64,000 nucleotides of DNA from Desulfobaccales bacterium (GCA_052147455.1 JBKQKO010000124.1:4618-68617), one strand, 5' to 3'; counted from the first letter of the stretch, positions 8,494-19,332 are shown. Notes: generated by a model not told the origin, from the sequence alone. Program-made: numbers and translations.

Positions 8494-9762
8494 CTAGCCG
8501 CAGCCTTCGCCCTGGCCCTTGCTGCAGCAAGCCCGGCTCAGTCCGCCGCGGCGCCCTTTCAGGGAAGCCAGTGACTCACCGGCGTAGATGCGGCTCAGCC
8601 CCACTTCGATGAAACCGGACATCTCCACCGGGATCACCCCGGCTTCCCGCAGGATGGCCCCGGGGGTATCGCCCAGGGCGCTGACCAGCACCGCCCGGCA
8701 GTCCTTGAGGATCTCCGCCAGGGCCCACCAGCGGTTGGAGCCGTTCCCCGGCGCCGGGGCCGCCCGTTCTTCCAGCAGCCTGAAACCCCGGTCTGCCGGC
8801 CCCCAAATCTGAAAGTAATCCGCTTCCCCCAGATGCAGATTGACCAGGGCTCCCTCCCGGCTGGCTACAGCCACATAAGGCCGGCTCTCGTCCGGGGAAG
8901 ACGGCGATGTCTGGGCACAGGCGCTTAAGCAGCCGCGCCACTCCGGGGAGCGGTCATCCCCCAGCAAACCCACGGCATCGGCCCGGCAGCGGGTGCAGTG
9001 GCGCATCTGCGGCAAAAATTCTTCGGCCGCCGCCTGGATGGCCGCCATGGCGGCGGGCTCCGGCTCGGGGAGCTCCCCGAAGGGGGTATCGGCATTGGGA
9101 TAGACGGGCATGCAATTGAGGAGGTCCACACCCAATTCCACCATCTTGCGGGCCACCGCCGGCACATGGTGGTCATTGACCCCGGGGATAACGATGGTAT
9201 TGACTTTGACCACCAGCCCCCGGGCCTTGAGTCCGGCAATGGCTGCCAACTGGCGGCTGAGCAACAGGTCGGCGGCCGCCATTCCGCGGTAAACCCGTTT
9301 TTGATCCCGCACCCAGCCATAGATGCGGCTGCCGATCTCCGGGTCCACCGCGTTCACGGTGATGGTCACATGGGAGACCTTAAGTTCGGCCAGTTCGTCA
9401 AGATAAGGAAGCAACCCCAGGCCGTTGCTGGCCAGGCAGAGGAGGAGATCTGGAAACTGCCGGCGAATCAAGCGCAGGGTCTCCATGGTCTCCAGGGGGT
9501 TGGCGAAGGGATCTCCCGGGCCGGCGATGCCGGCCACCGTGATGCGGGGCTCGGCCTCAAGCACCTGCTCCAGGTAGGCAATGGCCTGGGTGGGAGAGAG
9601 CACCGCACTGCTCACCCCGGGCCGGGACTCGTTGACGCAGTCGAACTTCCGATTGCAATAGTTGCAGAGGATATTACACTTGGGAGCCACCGGCAGATGC
9701 ACCCGGCCATAATGGCCTTTGACCTCGGCATTGAAACATGGGTGGTGATCGAGATTCAGCAT
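8494..9762 (-). CDS. nifB: nitrogenase FeMo-cofactor biosynthesis radical-SAM protein NifB (with C-terminal NifX-like domain)
   Basis: CNILCNYCNRKFDCVNESRPGV radical-SAM/NifB signature. 422 aa. Last gene of the nif cluster. Confidence 0.95.
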   Translation of the reverse strand: MLNLDHHPCFNAEVKGHYGRVHLPVAPKCNILCNYCNRKFDCVNESRPGVSSAVLSPTQAIAYLEQVLEAEPRITVAGIAGPGDPFANPLETMETLRLIRRQFPDLLLCLASNGLGLLPYLDELAELKVSHVTITVNAVDPEIGSRIYGWVRDQKRVYRGMAAADLLLSRQLAAIAGLKARGLVVKVNTIVIPGVNDHHVPAVARKMVELGVDLLNCMPVYPNADTPFGELPEPEPAAMAAIQAAAEEFLPQMRHCTRCRADAVGLLGDDRSPEWRGCLSACAQTSPSSPDESRPYVAVASREGALVNLHLGEADYFQIWGPADRGFRLLEERAAPAPGNGSNRWWALAEILKDCRAVLVSALGDTPGAILREAGVIPVEMSGFIEVGLSRIYAGESLASLKGRRGGLSRACCSKGQGEGCG

Positions 9763-9859
9763 GGCCTTAATTCCTGGGTTTTAATCATCTCCGGTCTTCA
9801 GCTTTGGCCTTCGGGGTCCTGTCCCCGACTGGCGAGGCCGGGAGCCCTTCCCTCCGGAA

Positions 9860-9876
9860 ACTCGAAATTCGAAACT
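9860..9876. repeat. 17-nt motif ACTCGAAATTCGAAACT (family D)
   Basis: An identical 17-mer occurs at 18513..18529. It contains the palindrome TCGAA-A-TTCGA. Confidence 0.6.
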
Positions 9877-9881
9877 TGAAA

Positions 9882-11273
9882 CTATAAATAGGCATAGCCC
9901 ACTTTGGAAGCCCCCTGTTTCCGCGCCAGGACGGCGTTGACCAGGCGGTCCAGGAGGCTCTGCGCGCCCCGATAACCAAGATGGAGGATCCTTTGGCCGC
10001 CGAAGCGGTCATGGATGGGAAAGCCCAGCCGCACCAGGGGCAGTTGCCAGCGCCGGGCCAGGTGATAACCTTTGCTGTGTCCGAGGAGCAGGTCCGGGGG
10101 GCTGGCCAGACCTTCGACGGCCGCGGCGATCTGGGAAAAATCCGCCCCTTCCAAGACCAGCGGCGGCTCCGGCAGCAGGTCGGCGATGACCTCGGCCAGG
10201 GCGGCCTTGAGGTGGCCGCTCTTGCCCCCGGAGGCGCAGAGCACCGGGCGCACCCCGATCTCCGCCAGGAAGGAGGTAAGCCCCACCACCAGATCTTCTT
10301 CGCCATAGACCACCGCCCGCTGGTTAAACAGATATTTATGCCCGTCCACCATGGCGTCGATGAGGCGGCCCCGCTCCAGGGCATGCCGCCGGGGGGCGGC
10401 GCGGCCGGCCAGTTCCTCCAAGACTCCAAAAAACCGGTCGGTCTCCCGGAGGCCGATGGGCGTCCCCAGGGGATGCCAGGGCACCCCAAAGTGATTTTCC
10501 AGGAAGCGCCCGGCGGTTTCCTGGGGGGCGGAGAGGCAGCGGCCGAACTCCAGGGTGGCCCGGGAGCGGCCCGTGGCCTTGATCTCCACCAAAGGGGTGC
10601 CGCCGGCCGGGATCTTCTCGTAGTCCAACTGCGCCGGGCCGTCCAGGGTCTCGGAGAAGTCCGGCAGGATGATGCCGGTGAGGCCAAAATCCTCCAGAAT
10701 TTCCCGCAGGTAGCGGAGATCCGCCGGCGATACCAGGCCCGCCAGCAGGTTGACGGCTGCCGAGGCTTCACCCCCCTGGGCCAACTGCTCCACCAGGGCC
10801 CGGACCGCGGCGTGGAAGCCTTCCATGTGGGTGCCGGAATAGCTGGGGGTGGAGACGGTGACGATCTCCGGCAACTTAACCTCCTCCCCGGGGCCGGCGG
10901 CTTCCTGGCAAAACTCCCGTACCATCCGGGGCACGTCATCGCCAATGGTTTCGGTCAAGCAGGTGGTGGCCACCCCGATGAGCCGAGCCCCGTATTGGTT
11001 CATGACGTTGCCCAGGCCCTGCTTGAGGTTGGCGCCACCGCCGTAGACCGCCTGCTTCTCCCCCAGGGAGGAGGAGGCGATGTCCATGGGCTCCCGGAAA
11101 TGGCTGATGATGTAGCGGCGCATGTAAGTGGCGCAGCCCTGAGAACCGTGAAGAAAAGGCACCGCCCCCTCCACTCCCCGAAAGGCCAGACAAGCCCCCA
11201 AGGGTTTGCAGAGCTTGCAGGCGTTGGTGGTGGAAACGTAGGCCTCCTCCGGATTTTTATCGCGATTCATCAT
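9882..11273 (-). CDS. nifN: nitrogenase cofactor scaffold NifN
   Basis: 463 aa. N-terminus NACKLCKPLGACLAFRGVEGAVPFLHGSQGCATY is typical of NifN/NifK-family proteins. Overlaps nifE by 17 nt. Confidence 0.9.
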   Translation of the reverse strand: MMNRDKNPEEAYVSTTNACKLCKPLGACLAFRGVEGAVPFLHGSQGCATYMRRYIISHFREPMDIASSSLGEKQAVYGGGANLKQGLGNVMNQYGARLIGVATTCLTETIGDDVPRMVREFCQEAAGPGEEVKLPEIVTVSTPSYSGTHMEGFHAAVRALVEQLAQGGEASAAVNLLAGLVSPADLRYLREILEDFGLTGIILPDFSETLDGPAQLDYEKIPAGGTPLVEIKATGRSRATLEFGRCLSAPQETAGRFLENHFGVPWHPLGTPIGLRETDRFFGVLEELAGRAAPRRHALERGRLIDAMVDGHKYLFNQRAVVYGEEDLVVGLTSFLAEIGVRPVLCASGGKSGHLKAALAEVIADLLPEPPLVLEGADFSQIAAAVEGLASPPDLLLGHSKGYHLARRWQLPLVRLGFPIHDRFGGQRILHLGYRGAQSLLDRLVNAVLARKQGASKVGYAYL

Positions 11274-12636
11274 GCGCCTCTTGTACCTTCAGTCCCTGGA
11301 CCCGGCGAGGGACAAACCGCCACACCGGGCTCATCACGCTGTTATGGACCTCCCGGGCGAAGTTGAGCATCCCTGCGAACCCTTCCAGGGCCTCTTTACG
11401 TTCATGGTTATGGTCGCAAAAGCCCACCCCCAGCTTGTAGGCGATGGGGCGTTCCTTGACCCCGCCCACGAAGAGGTCCACCTCCGCTTCCTTCAGGAAG
11501 CTAGACAGTTCCAGGGGATTGGAATCGTCCACGATGATGGTCCCGGGGTCAGTGATCTCGTGCAGTTCCTGATAATCTTCCTTAGTGCCGGTCTGGGAGC
11601 CCACCAGGACCACTTGCATCCCCAGCAGACGAAAGGCCTTCACCAGGGAGAAGGCCTTGAAGGCGCCCCCCACATAGATGGCGGCCTTTTTTCCAGCAAG
11701 GGCCTGTTGGAACTCCCGCAGCTGGGGATAGAGAATGGCCAGTTCTTCCTGGACCAGTTCCCGGGTGCGCTCCATCATTTCCGGGTCTTTGAAGAAGCGG
11801 GCCACCGCGTAGAGGGATTCAGCCATATCCTCCACCCCGAAATAGGAGACCCGGATATGGGGGATGCCGTAGGTTTCCTGCATCATGACGGCCAGGTCCA
11901 TGGTGGAGCCGGAGCATTGCACCAGGTTCAGGGCCGCCCCGTGGGCCCGGCGGATATCATCCACCCGGCCGTCCCCGGTGATATTGGCCACCACCTGGAC
12001 CCCCATGCGGGCCAGATAGTCACGGATGATCCAGATCTCCCCGGCAAGGTTGAAATCGCCCAGGATATTGACGCTGGCGGGGCCGATGCCGGCGAGGTCG
12101 CCGGTGCCCACCAGACGGAACATGGCCTGGCAGGCGGCCTGGTAACCGGTCCTCTTGTTGCCTTTGAAACCCTCGGATTGCACCGGCAACACCGGGATGC
12201 CCTTCTCCTGGGCCACCTTTTTGCAGACCCCTTCCAAATCGTCGCCGATGAGGCCCACGATGCAGGTGGAGTAGACGAAGGCGGCCTTGGGTTGGTGCCG
12301 CTCAATGAGTTCCACCAGGGCCCGGTAAAGCTTGTGCTCGGCGCCGAAGATGACGTCCATTTCCTGGAGGTCGGTGCAAAAGCTCAGGCGGTGCAACTCC
12401 GGGCCCGAGGACAGGGCGCCCCGGATATCCCAGGTGTAGGCGGCGCAGCCGATGGGGCCGTGCACCAGATGCAGGGCGTCGGCAATGGGATAGAGGACTA
12501 CCCGGGAGCCGCAGAAGACGCAGCCCCGCTGGCTCACCGCCCCGGCCAGGGACTCCCGGTCGCAGTCCATCCGGAAAGGCGCCTCGCCCTTGCGGTGGAT
12601 CTGGTCTTTTCTTTCTGTAAAGATCGCCGACTTCAT
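11257..12636 (-). CDS. nifE: nitrogenase cofactor scaffold NifE
   Basis: 459 aa. CVFCGSRVVLYPIADALHLVHGPIGCAAYTWDIRG is NifE/NifD-like. Confidence 0.93.
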   Translation of the reverse strand: MKSAIFTERKDQIHRKGEAPFRMDCDRESLAGAVSQRGCVFCGSRVVLYPIADALHLVHGPIGCAAYTWDIRGALSSGPELHRLSFCTDLQEMDVIFGAEHKLYRALVELIERHQPKAAFVYSTCIVGLIGDDLEGVCKKVAQEKGIPVLPVQSEGFKGNKRTGYQAACQAMFRLVGTGDLAGIGPASVNILGDFNLAGEIWIIRDYLARMGVQVVANITGDGRVDDIRRAHGAALNLVQCSGSTMDLAVMMQETYGIPHIRVSYFGVEDMAESLYAVARFFKDPEMMERTRELVQEELAILYPQLREFQQALAGKKAAIYVGGAFKAFSLVKAFRLLGMQVVLVGSQTGTKEDYQELHEITDPGTIIVDDSNPLELSSFLKEAEVDLFVGGVKERPIAYKLGVGFCDHNHERKEALEGFAGMLNFAREVHNSVMSPVWRFVPRRVQGLKVQEAHDESR

Positions 12637-12727
12637 GGCCTTCCCTCAGGTCCTTTGCTGTTTTAATTCGCCCACCCCGGGGCGCGGCCGAGGGGCCGCC
12701 TGGTTATGGGGCTTAGAGTTGCCCACC

Positions 12728-13033
12728 TCAGCTCACCAAATAGTCCTTGGCCGGGCCGCCGTCTTCCAGGGCGTCCAGGATGGCGTCGATGGCCTCTTCG
12801 CCGTCCACCCCGGCGTACCAATGGCCTTCGGGATAGACCAGCAGCACCGGTCCGCTATCGCAGAGTTTCAGGCAGCCGGTAGTGGACACCATCACGTTGG
12901 TGAGACCCCGATCGGTCAGCTCGCTTTCCAGGTACCCCAACAGGTCCGGGGCATTTTTCTTGATGCACTTGCCTTTGGGCTCCAGGCCCCGGAAGCTCAT
13001 GCACACAAAGATATGATGATCCGGTTTTTCCAT
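12728..13033 (-). CDS. thioredoxin-like [2Fe-2S] ferredoxin
   Basis: HHIFVCMSF...GCLKLCDSGPVLLVYPEGHWY pattern. Start at ATG 13033 with AAGGAG 7 nt upstream; the track ORF is N-extended to 13129. Confidence 0.75.
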   Translation of the reverse strand: MEKPDHHIFVCMSFRGLEPKGKCIKKNAPDLLGYLESELTDRGLTNVMVSTTGCLKLCDSGPVLLVYPEGHWYAGVDGEEAIDAILDALEDGGPAKDYLVS

Positions 13034-13139
13034 GAGAATGCTCCTTATTTTCATTTTCCAGCCCCAGCCTGGGCCCGGGATCGTTTTGCCGGGGACCCGC
13101 CCTCTTGCTTTCCGGGTCTTGGCCCCCAATCCCTGGCCC

Positions 13140-14516
13140 TTACATCACCAGTTCAAAGCTTTCTTCCGGGGCGTCCCGGTCCTGGCGGTCCAGCAGGGCG
13201 TCCAGGATCTTTTCCAGGAGGCGCAACCCGCCCCGGTAACCCACGGTGGGGAAGTAGCTGTGGCCGACACGATCCATGATGGGGAAGCCGAAGCGCACCA
13301 GGGGGAGGTCTTCATCACGGGCGATGTACTTGAGGTAGGTGTTGCCCATGAGCAGATCCACCGGGGCGTTCCGCAGCCACTGGTGCAGCAGGAACAGGTC
13401 ACCGCCACTCTTGACGTTCACCGGATGGGGCACATCCCTGGTAATCTCCTTGATCTTGGCTTCAAACTTCTTGCCCGGCGTGCCGCTGACGATGTGGATG
13501 GGCCACATGTCCAGGGACACCAGGAACTCGGTGAGGGAAATGAGCTGATCCGGGTCCCCCGCCAGGGCCACCTTGCGGCCGAAGAAATATTGGTGCATAT
13601 CGGTGATCACGTCCACCAGCCGGCCCCGCTCGATGTTGATGGAGTCGGGCACGGTCACCCCGGCGATGCGCCGCAAGGTGTCGATGAAGACGTCGGTGGC
13701 CATGAGCCCGATGGGCAGGTTGAGGATTTCGCAAGGCACCTTCCACTTGGTGTCCAGGGCCCGGGCCGCCGGCCCGGAGGCCAGGGGCCCCAGGGCCACC
13801 GTGCCCATGCTGCTGCCGGTGGCGACCAATTCCGCGACCGTGACCCCGCCGGCGGGGAAGGGGGAATAGTGGCCGGTTTGGGGGCCGTTGAGCACGTTGG
13901 AGGTATCGGGGAACATGATAACCGGGACCTGCAGTTCTCCAGCCAGCCGCTTGATTTCCTCCATATCGCTCGGCTCCACGTATCCGGGAATCAGGTTAAT
14001 CCGGTTTTCCTTGTGGGCGTTGCCTTGGGCCAGATAATCCACCATACCCCGGACCATGTTGGCGAAACCGGTGACATGGGAACCCACGTAGCTGGGGGTG
14101 TTGGCGTGGATCACATGGCGGCCCGGGGGGATCTTGCCCTCGTCCCTGGCCTTGGCGATGATCTGGGGGATGTCGTCCCCGATGGTCTCCGACAGACAGG
14201 TGGTATGCACCGCAATGACTTCGGGCTCGTAAACCGAGAAGATGTTGTTGATGGCCTGGAGCAGGTTGGCCTGCCCACCGAAGACCGAGGCGCCTTCGGT
14301 AAAGGCGCTGGTCGCCGCCAGCACCGGCTCCTTGAAATGCCGGGTCAGGGCGCTGCGATGGTAGGCATAGCACCCTTGCGAGCCGTGGCTGTGGGGCAGG
14401 CAACGGTGAATCCCCAGGGCCGCGTACATGGCCCCGATGGGCTGGCAGGTCTTGGCCGGGTTGATGGTCAAGGCGGTGCGTTCTTGGATTTCTTTGGGCG
14501 TATGTCTAAGCAGCAT
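13140..14516 (-). CDS. nifK: nitrogenase MoFe protein beta chain
   Basis: 458 aa. CQPIGAMYAALGIHRCLPHSHGSQGCYAYHR is a NifK signature region. Confidence 0.95.
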   Translation of the reverse strand: MLLRHTPKEIQERTALTINPAKTCQPIGAMYAALGIHRCLPHSHGSQGCYAYHRSALTRHFKEPVLAATSAFTEGASVFGGQANLLQAINNIFSVYEPEVIAVHTTCLSETIGDDIPQIIAKARDEGKIPPGRHVIHANTPSYVGSHVTGFANMVRGMVDYLAQGNAHKENRINLIPGYVEPSDMEEIKRLAGELQVPVIMFPDTSNVLNGPQTGHYSPFPAGGVTVAELVATGSSMGTVALGPLASGPAARALDTKWKVPCEILNLPIGLMATDVFIDTLRRIAGVTVPDSINIERGRLVDVITDMHQYFFGRKVALAGDPDQLISLTEFLVSLDMWPIHIVSGTPGKKFEAKIKEITRDVPHPVNVKSGGDLFLLHQWLRNAPVDLLMGNTYLKYIARDEDLPLVRFGFPIMDRVGHSYFPTVGYRGGLRLLEKILDALLDRQDRDAPEESFELVM

Positions 14517-14565
14517 GACGTTATCCTCGATTCCTTTACCAAAAAATCCGGGGCGGCCCGGCGGT

Positions 14566-16221
14566 TCATTCCCAGGCGTATTTGCCGGCCAGTTCGGGAT
14601 TCTCCTGCCAGGGGGCCTTCAGATACTTCCAGACCTTGCTATTGACCATGCGGTCGATCTCCCGGTAGAAGTTGACGGCGCCGATAAAGCCGGCATAGGG
14701 GCCGCCGGAGTCATAGCTGTGCAGTTGCTTCATGGGCACGCCGCTCTTCTGAATGATGTATTTCTCTTTGATGCCGGCGCAAACGATGTCCGGCCGGTAA
14801 ACCTCGATGAGCCGCTCCGTTTCGAACTGACTGATGTCGTCGATCACCAGGGCGCCGCTCTCCATCTCCGCCATCATGCCCTGGTATTCACCGAACTTGA
14901 CGCCGTCCTGCTCCAGGTGGGCCATCTGCTCGGTAGTCAACCTGGGGCGGTAGCGGCTGGGGTCCGGTTCCACCTGGAGTTCTTCGATAGTGCGGCTGTC
15001 CGCATCCACCTTGAGGCCGGGCAAAACCCGCCGGCCTTCGTAGTCGTCCCGATGGGCGAACTCGTAGCCCGCGGCGATGGTTTCCATGCCGATCTCCCGG
15101 AAGAGCTCCTGGTAATGGTGGGCCCGGGAGCCGCCCACGAAGAGCATGGCGCGTTTCCCCTGGCAGCGGCTCTTCACTTCTGCCCGCACCGCCTCCACCC
15201 GGGGCATCTCCCGGGCGATGACCTCTTCCACCTGCTGGCTCAGCTTGGGGTCCTCGAAATAACCGGCGATCTTCCGCAGGGCCTTGGCGGTGGCCTCGGC
15301 CCCGGTGAAGTTGACCTTGAGCCAGGGGATGCCGAATTTCTTTTCCATCATCTCCGCCACGTAATTGATGGAGCGGTGGCACACGATGAGGTTGAGGTCC
15401 GCGGTGTGGGAGTTGGCGAAATATTCGTAACTGGAGTTGCCGCTGAAGGTGCAAATCAGGGTGATGCCGCAGTCCTCGAAGAGGCGCTCGATCTCGAAGG
15501 CATCGCCGCCGATATTATATTCCCCCAGCAGGTTGATCTTGAAATCGCCTTCCCGCACCGTGTCATCCAGGCCCACCACATGGGTAAAGATGCCGTTGTT
15601 GGCGATGTGGTGGCCCGCGGATTGGCTCACTCCTTTGTAGCCCTCGCAACTGAAGGCAAAGACGTTGATCCCCAGCTTTTCCTTCATCTCCCGGGCCACT
15701 GCGTGGACGTCATCCCCGATGAGGCCCACCGGGCAGGTGGCGAAGATGCTGATGGCCTTGGGCTTAAAGAGGTCGTAGGCCTCTTGCACCGCCTGGCGCA
15801 GCTTCTTCTCGCCACCGAAAATGATCTGCTCATCCTGCATGTCGGTGGAAAAGCAGTAGGGCATGAAGTTATGGTCTTCCGGACTCTTGGGCCGGGTCTG
15901 GTTGCGGCGGGTCAGCCAGCTATAGAAGCCGCAGCCGATGGGGCCGTGGGTGATATTGACGATATCCCGGGTGGGACCCAAGACCACTCCCTTGCAGCCC
16001 GCATAGGTGCAGCCCCGCTGGGAGATGAGGCCGGGGACGGTCCTGATGTTGGACTGAATCTCCGGCACGGTCAGATCCGGGGCCACTTGGTTGACCACGA
16101 TCTGTTTGGCGCGCTTGCGGGCGACCTTGGTGGGATATTTGCTGAGCAGCTCCTTTTTCACTTCTTCCGCATCGATCTCCAGAATCTTGGCGCTCAAGTC
16201 TTCTTGGGTCAGGGTGGCCAT
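14566..16221 (-). CDS. nifD: nitrogenase MoFe protein alpha chain
   Basis: GCTYAGCKGVVLGPTRDIVNITHGPIGCGFYSW region. Start at ATG 16221 (MATLTQ...) with GGAGAGAGG upstream. The ~551-aa length is consistent with the long anaerobe-type NifD. Confidence 0.95.
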   Translation of the reverse strand: MATLTQEDLSAKILEIDAEEVKKELLSKYPTKVARKRAKQIVVNQVAPDLTVPEIQSNIRTVPGLISQRGCTYAGCKGVVLGPTRDIVNITHGPIGCGFYSWLTRRNQTRPKSPEDHNFMPYCFSTDMQDEQIIFGGEKKLRQAVQEAYDLFKPKAISIFATCPVGLIGDDVHAVAREMKEKLGINVFAFSCEGYKGVSQSAGHHIANNGIFTHVVGLDDTVREGDFKINLLGEYNIGGDAFEIERLFEDCGITLICTFSGNSSYEYFANSHTADLNLIVCHRSINYVAEMMEKKFGIPWLKVNFTGAEATAKALRKIAGYFEDPKLSQQVEEVIAREMPRVEAVRAEVKSRCQGKRAMLFVGGSRAHHYQELFREIGMETIAAGYEFAHRDDYEGRRVLPGLKVDADSRTIEELQVEPDPSRYRPRLTTEQMAHLEQDGVKFGEYQGMMAEMESGALVIDDISQFETERLIEVYRPDIVCAGIKEKYIIQKSGVPMKQLHSYDSGGPYAGFIGAVNFYREIDRMVNSKVWKYLKAPWQENPELAGKYAWE

Positions 16222-16317
16222 GTTCCTCTCTCCATCTAAAGAAATCTGTGGTAAAAGGTCTTTCATTATTGAGGGCCCGGGCTTTCCAGGCGCAGCTTTG
16301 ATTAACTGGGCTTACCC

Positions 16318-16698
16318 TCAGGATTCGTCCAGGACCTGGTCGCCGCTCTCGCCGGTGCGCACCCGGACGGCATCCCCCAGGGGCATGACGAAGATCTTGC
16401 CGTCCCCGGATTTGCCGGTGCGATTCACCTCGATGATGGTCTGCACCGTCTTGGGCACCAGCCGATCCGGGACCACGGTGAAGAAGATCCTCTTGGGGAT
16501 CAGGCGCTGGCTCTGGCCCAACTGGGCGACTGCCTCCTCGTAGCCCTTTTCCGCCCCTTCCAGCAGGGTGAGATCCACCAGGCCCTTGCCCCGCCCCAGG
16601 GCGTCCCGGGCGGTGACCGAAGAGATACCCGCCTCCGCCAGGGCCTTCTTGGTCTGGTTCATCATATTGATGCGGACGATGGCCATGACCTCTTTCAT
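16318..16698 (-). CDS. nifI2: P-II family nitrogenase regulator NifI2
   Basis: P-II fold sequence (MKEVMAIVR...GRGKG...GDGKIFV). Lies between nifI1 and nifD. Confidence 0.85.
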   Translation of the reverse strand: MKEVMAIVRINMMNQTKKALAEAGISSVTARDALGRGKGLVDLTLLEGAEKGYEEAVAQLGQSQRLIPKRIFFTVVPDRLVPKTVQTIIEVNRTGKSGDGKIFVMPLGDAVRVRTGESGDQVLDES

Positions 16699-17051
16699 GG
16701 CTTCACCTCTTCCAGGGCGCCGGGCCCGGTCTCCTTGATGCCGGAGCTGATGGTGTAGAGTTCCTCCACCGGAGAGACAAAGATCTTGCCGTCTCCGTAG
16801 GCGCCCTTGTCGCCGCTGCGGGCCGCCTTGAGCACCGTCTTGATCACAAAATCCTTGTCCTGGTCCTGTACCACCATGAGCAGCAGTTCCTTGGGGATTT
16901 CGTCGTAGGTGATCTCGCCGATCTTGATGCCCCGTTGCTTGCCCCGGCCCACCACGCTCATTTTGGTGACCGCGGGGAAGCCCGCTTCCATTAAGGCGGC
17001 CAGGACGGCGTCCACTTTTTCCGGCCGCACCACCGATCTGATCATGATCAT
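16695..17051 (-). CDS. nifI1: P-II family nitrogenase regulator NifI1
   Basis: MIMIRSVVRPEKVDAVLAALMEAGFPAVTKMSVVGRGKQRG...GDGKIFVSPV. Start at ATG 17051 with GGAGG 8 nt upstream; the track ORF is N-extended. Overlaps nifI2 by 4 nt. Confidence 0.85.
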   Translation of the reverse strand: MIMIRSVVRPEKVDAVLAALMEAGFPAVTKMSVVGRGKQRGIKIGEITYDEIPKELLLMVVQDQDKDFVIKTVLKAARSGDKGAYGDGKIFVSPVEELYTISSGIKETGPGALEEVKP

Positions 17052-17190
17052 TCTTTGGTCCTCCAGGGTAGTTCTTCCAGGAATAATTCCATCTGTTCCG
17101 ACATCTCCGCCTGTTGCCGCAAAAACGCCGTTAGCCATCGCCTGGCCGCGGCCAGGATGCAAGTTAGCTCCATGTCTCCCTCCTGCTCCC

Positions 17191-18068
<878 letters not shown>

Positions 18069-18287
18069 GCTTTTGGCTAAGTTTAATATCTATTGGAATT
18101 ATCTATTAAAATAATATATTGCCGGGATAGCTGTCCTTCTTCAGAACGGCTTATTTGTACGATTATGTATATCAGTGCCTTAATAATTATACATTAGCGT
18201 ATAGTTGATGTAATGCTATTATACGTTTATGTATGATATGCTTGTCCTGGAAGCACCCGGGGGGAACGCCCCTGAGAGAAGGAAAAC

Positions 18288-18305
18288 GGTGGGCAGTCCC
18301 ACCCT
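18288..18305. repeat. stand-alone family-B palindrome
   Basis: GGTGGGCAGTCCCACCCT with flanks GGAAAAC / AGATG, resembling the block inserted at 2749..2786. Confidence 0.55.
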
Positions 18306-18474
18306 AGATGAACCTGCGCAGGCGGAAGGGGTTAGGGGGAGGAGGGCGTCAGTCGTGGGTAACTATCGGATAATGCGTAACTTCTTTCAGCTCCCCCTCC
18401 CGGTGTCGCCCCCGCAAGGGGGAGGGAACCAGTCAAGAACGCCACATCCCTCTCGGGGCCTGGCGTTTAGTGAC

Positions 18475-18502
18475 AAAAAAAAGGGCGGTTCACGAACCGC
18501 CC
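18475..18502 (-). terminator. rho-independent terminator of the HAAT-1 ABC operon
   Basis: The minus strand reads GGGCGGTT-CGTG-AACCGCCC (8-bp GC-rich stem, tetraloop) followed by TTTTTTTT. Confidence 0.8.
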
Positions 18503-18512
18503 TGCTGAAAAG

Positions 18513-18529
18513 ACTCGAAATTCGAAACT
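18513..18529. repeat. 17-nt motif ACTCGAAATTCGAAACT (family D)
   Basis: Identical to 9860..9876. Confidence 0.6.
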
Positions 18530-18536
18530 AAAAACT

Positions 18537-18618
18537 GGGCGACCCAGCGGGTCGCCCCTACAACTCTGGGCGACCCAATCACAGGCTGGAAGCGAAGCCT
18601 GTGCCACTGTCGCCCCTA
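18537..18618. repeat. two REP units: GGGCGAC-N5-GTCGCCC hairpin plus a complete family-A unit
   Basis: GGGCGACCCAGCGGGTCGCCCCTAC followed by GGGCGACCCAATCACAGGCTGGAAGCGAAGCCTGTGCCACTGTCGCCCCTAT. Confidence 0.7.
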
Positions 18619-18621
18619 TAA

Positions 18622-19332
18622 CTAAATCCCCAGGTAGACGCGCCTGATCTCATCGTTCTTCATGAGGGCCCGGGCCTCCCCTTCCAGGTGCACCCGGCCC
18701 TCCGCCAGGACATAGGCGAAGTCGCTCACCGCCAGGGCCATGGTGACGTTTTGTTCCACCAGGAGCATGGTGAGCCCGGTCTTCTTCAAGCGGGTGAGGG
18801 ATTCGAACAGGGTGAGGGCCAGCAAGGGGGAAAGGCCCAAAGAGAGTTCATCCAGCATCAGGACTTCCGGCTCGGCCATCAGACCCCGGGCCACTGCTAC
18901 CATCTGCTGCTCGCCGCCGCTCAGGGTGCCGGCCTTCTGCCGGGCCCGCTCTTTGAGGCGGGGGAAAAGCTCGAAGACCTTCTCCAGATTTTGCTGAAAG
19001 GACGGCCGGGCCCGCCGGGAAAAAGCGCCCATCTCCAGGTTTTCCATAATCGTCATTTCCGTGAAGAGCTGGCGCCCTTCCGGGACCAGGACCATGCCGG
19101 CCTTAGCCCGGGCGTGGGCCGACCACTGGCTGACATCCCGGCCGCCAAAGGTGACGGTGCCCTGCCAGGGGCGCAGGAGCCCCATCATGGTTTTCAACAG
19201 GGTAGTTTTGCCCACCCCGTTGGAACCCACCAGGGTGGTGAGCTTCCCCTGCTCCAGACGCAGGTTCACCCCCCAGAGGATCTGGACCCCTTCGTAGCCC
19301 GAAGTGATATCCTTGACTTCTAAGAGATTCAT
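18622..19332 (-). CDS. HAAT-family (branched-chain amino acid type) ABC transporter ATP-binding protein, LivF-like
   Basis: Walker A GSNGVGKTT, signature LSGGEQQ and Walker B LMLDE. 236 aa. Confidence 0.9.
   Translation of the reverse strand: MNLLEVKDITSGYEGVQILWGVNLRLEQGKLTTLVGSNGVGKTTLLKTMMGLLRPWQGTVTFGGRDVSQWSAHARAKAGMVLVPEGRQLFTEMTIMENLEMGAFSRRARPSFQQNLEKVFELFPRLKERARQKAGTLSGGEQQMVAVARGLMAEPEVLMLDELSLGLSPLLALTLFESLTRLKKTGLTMLLVEQNVTMALAVSDFAYVLAEGRVHLEGEARALMKNDEIRRVYLGI

Noticed and set aside
9785-16239. Very long ORFs in alternative or antisense frames across the nif genes. Examples: 9785..10945(-), 9981..11366(+), 11272..12666(+), 13032..14645(+), 14428..16239(+). Similar ones lie over other GC-rich genes: 255..1076, 3098..3973, 5028..6074, 8998..9879, 20702..21871, 25893..26648.
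   Set aside because: Their translations are Arg/Gly/Pro/Ala-rich low-complexity strings typical of shadow frames in high-GC DNA. Each fully overlaps a gene with unmistakable family motifs.
18070-18240. NifA upstream activator sequence (TGT-N10-ACA) ahead of nifH.
   Set aside because: I checked every TGT in the interval by hand. None is followed by ACA at the required spacing.
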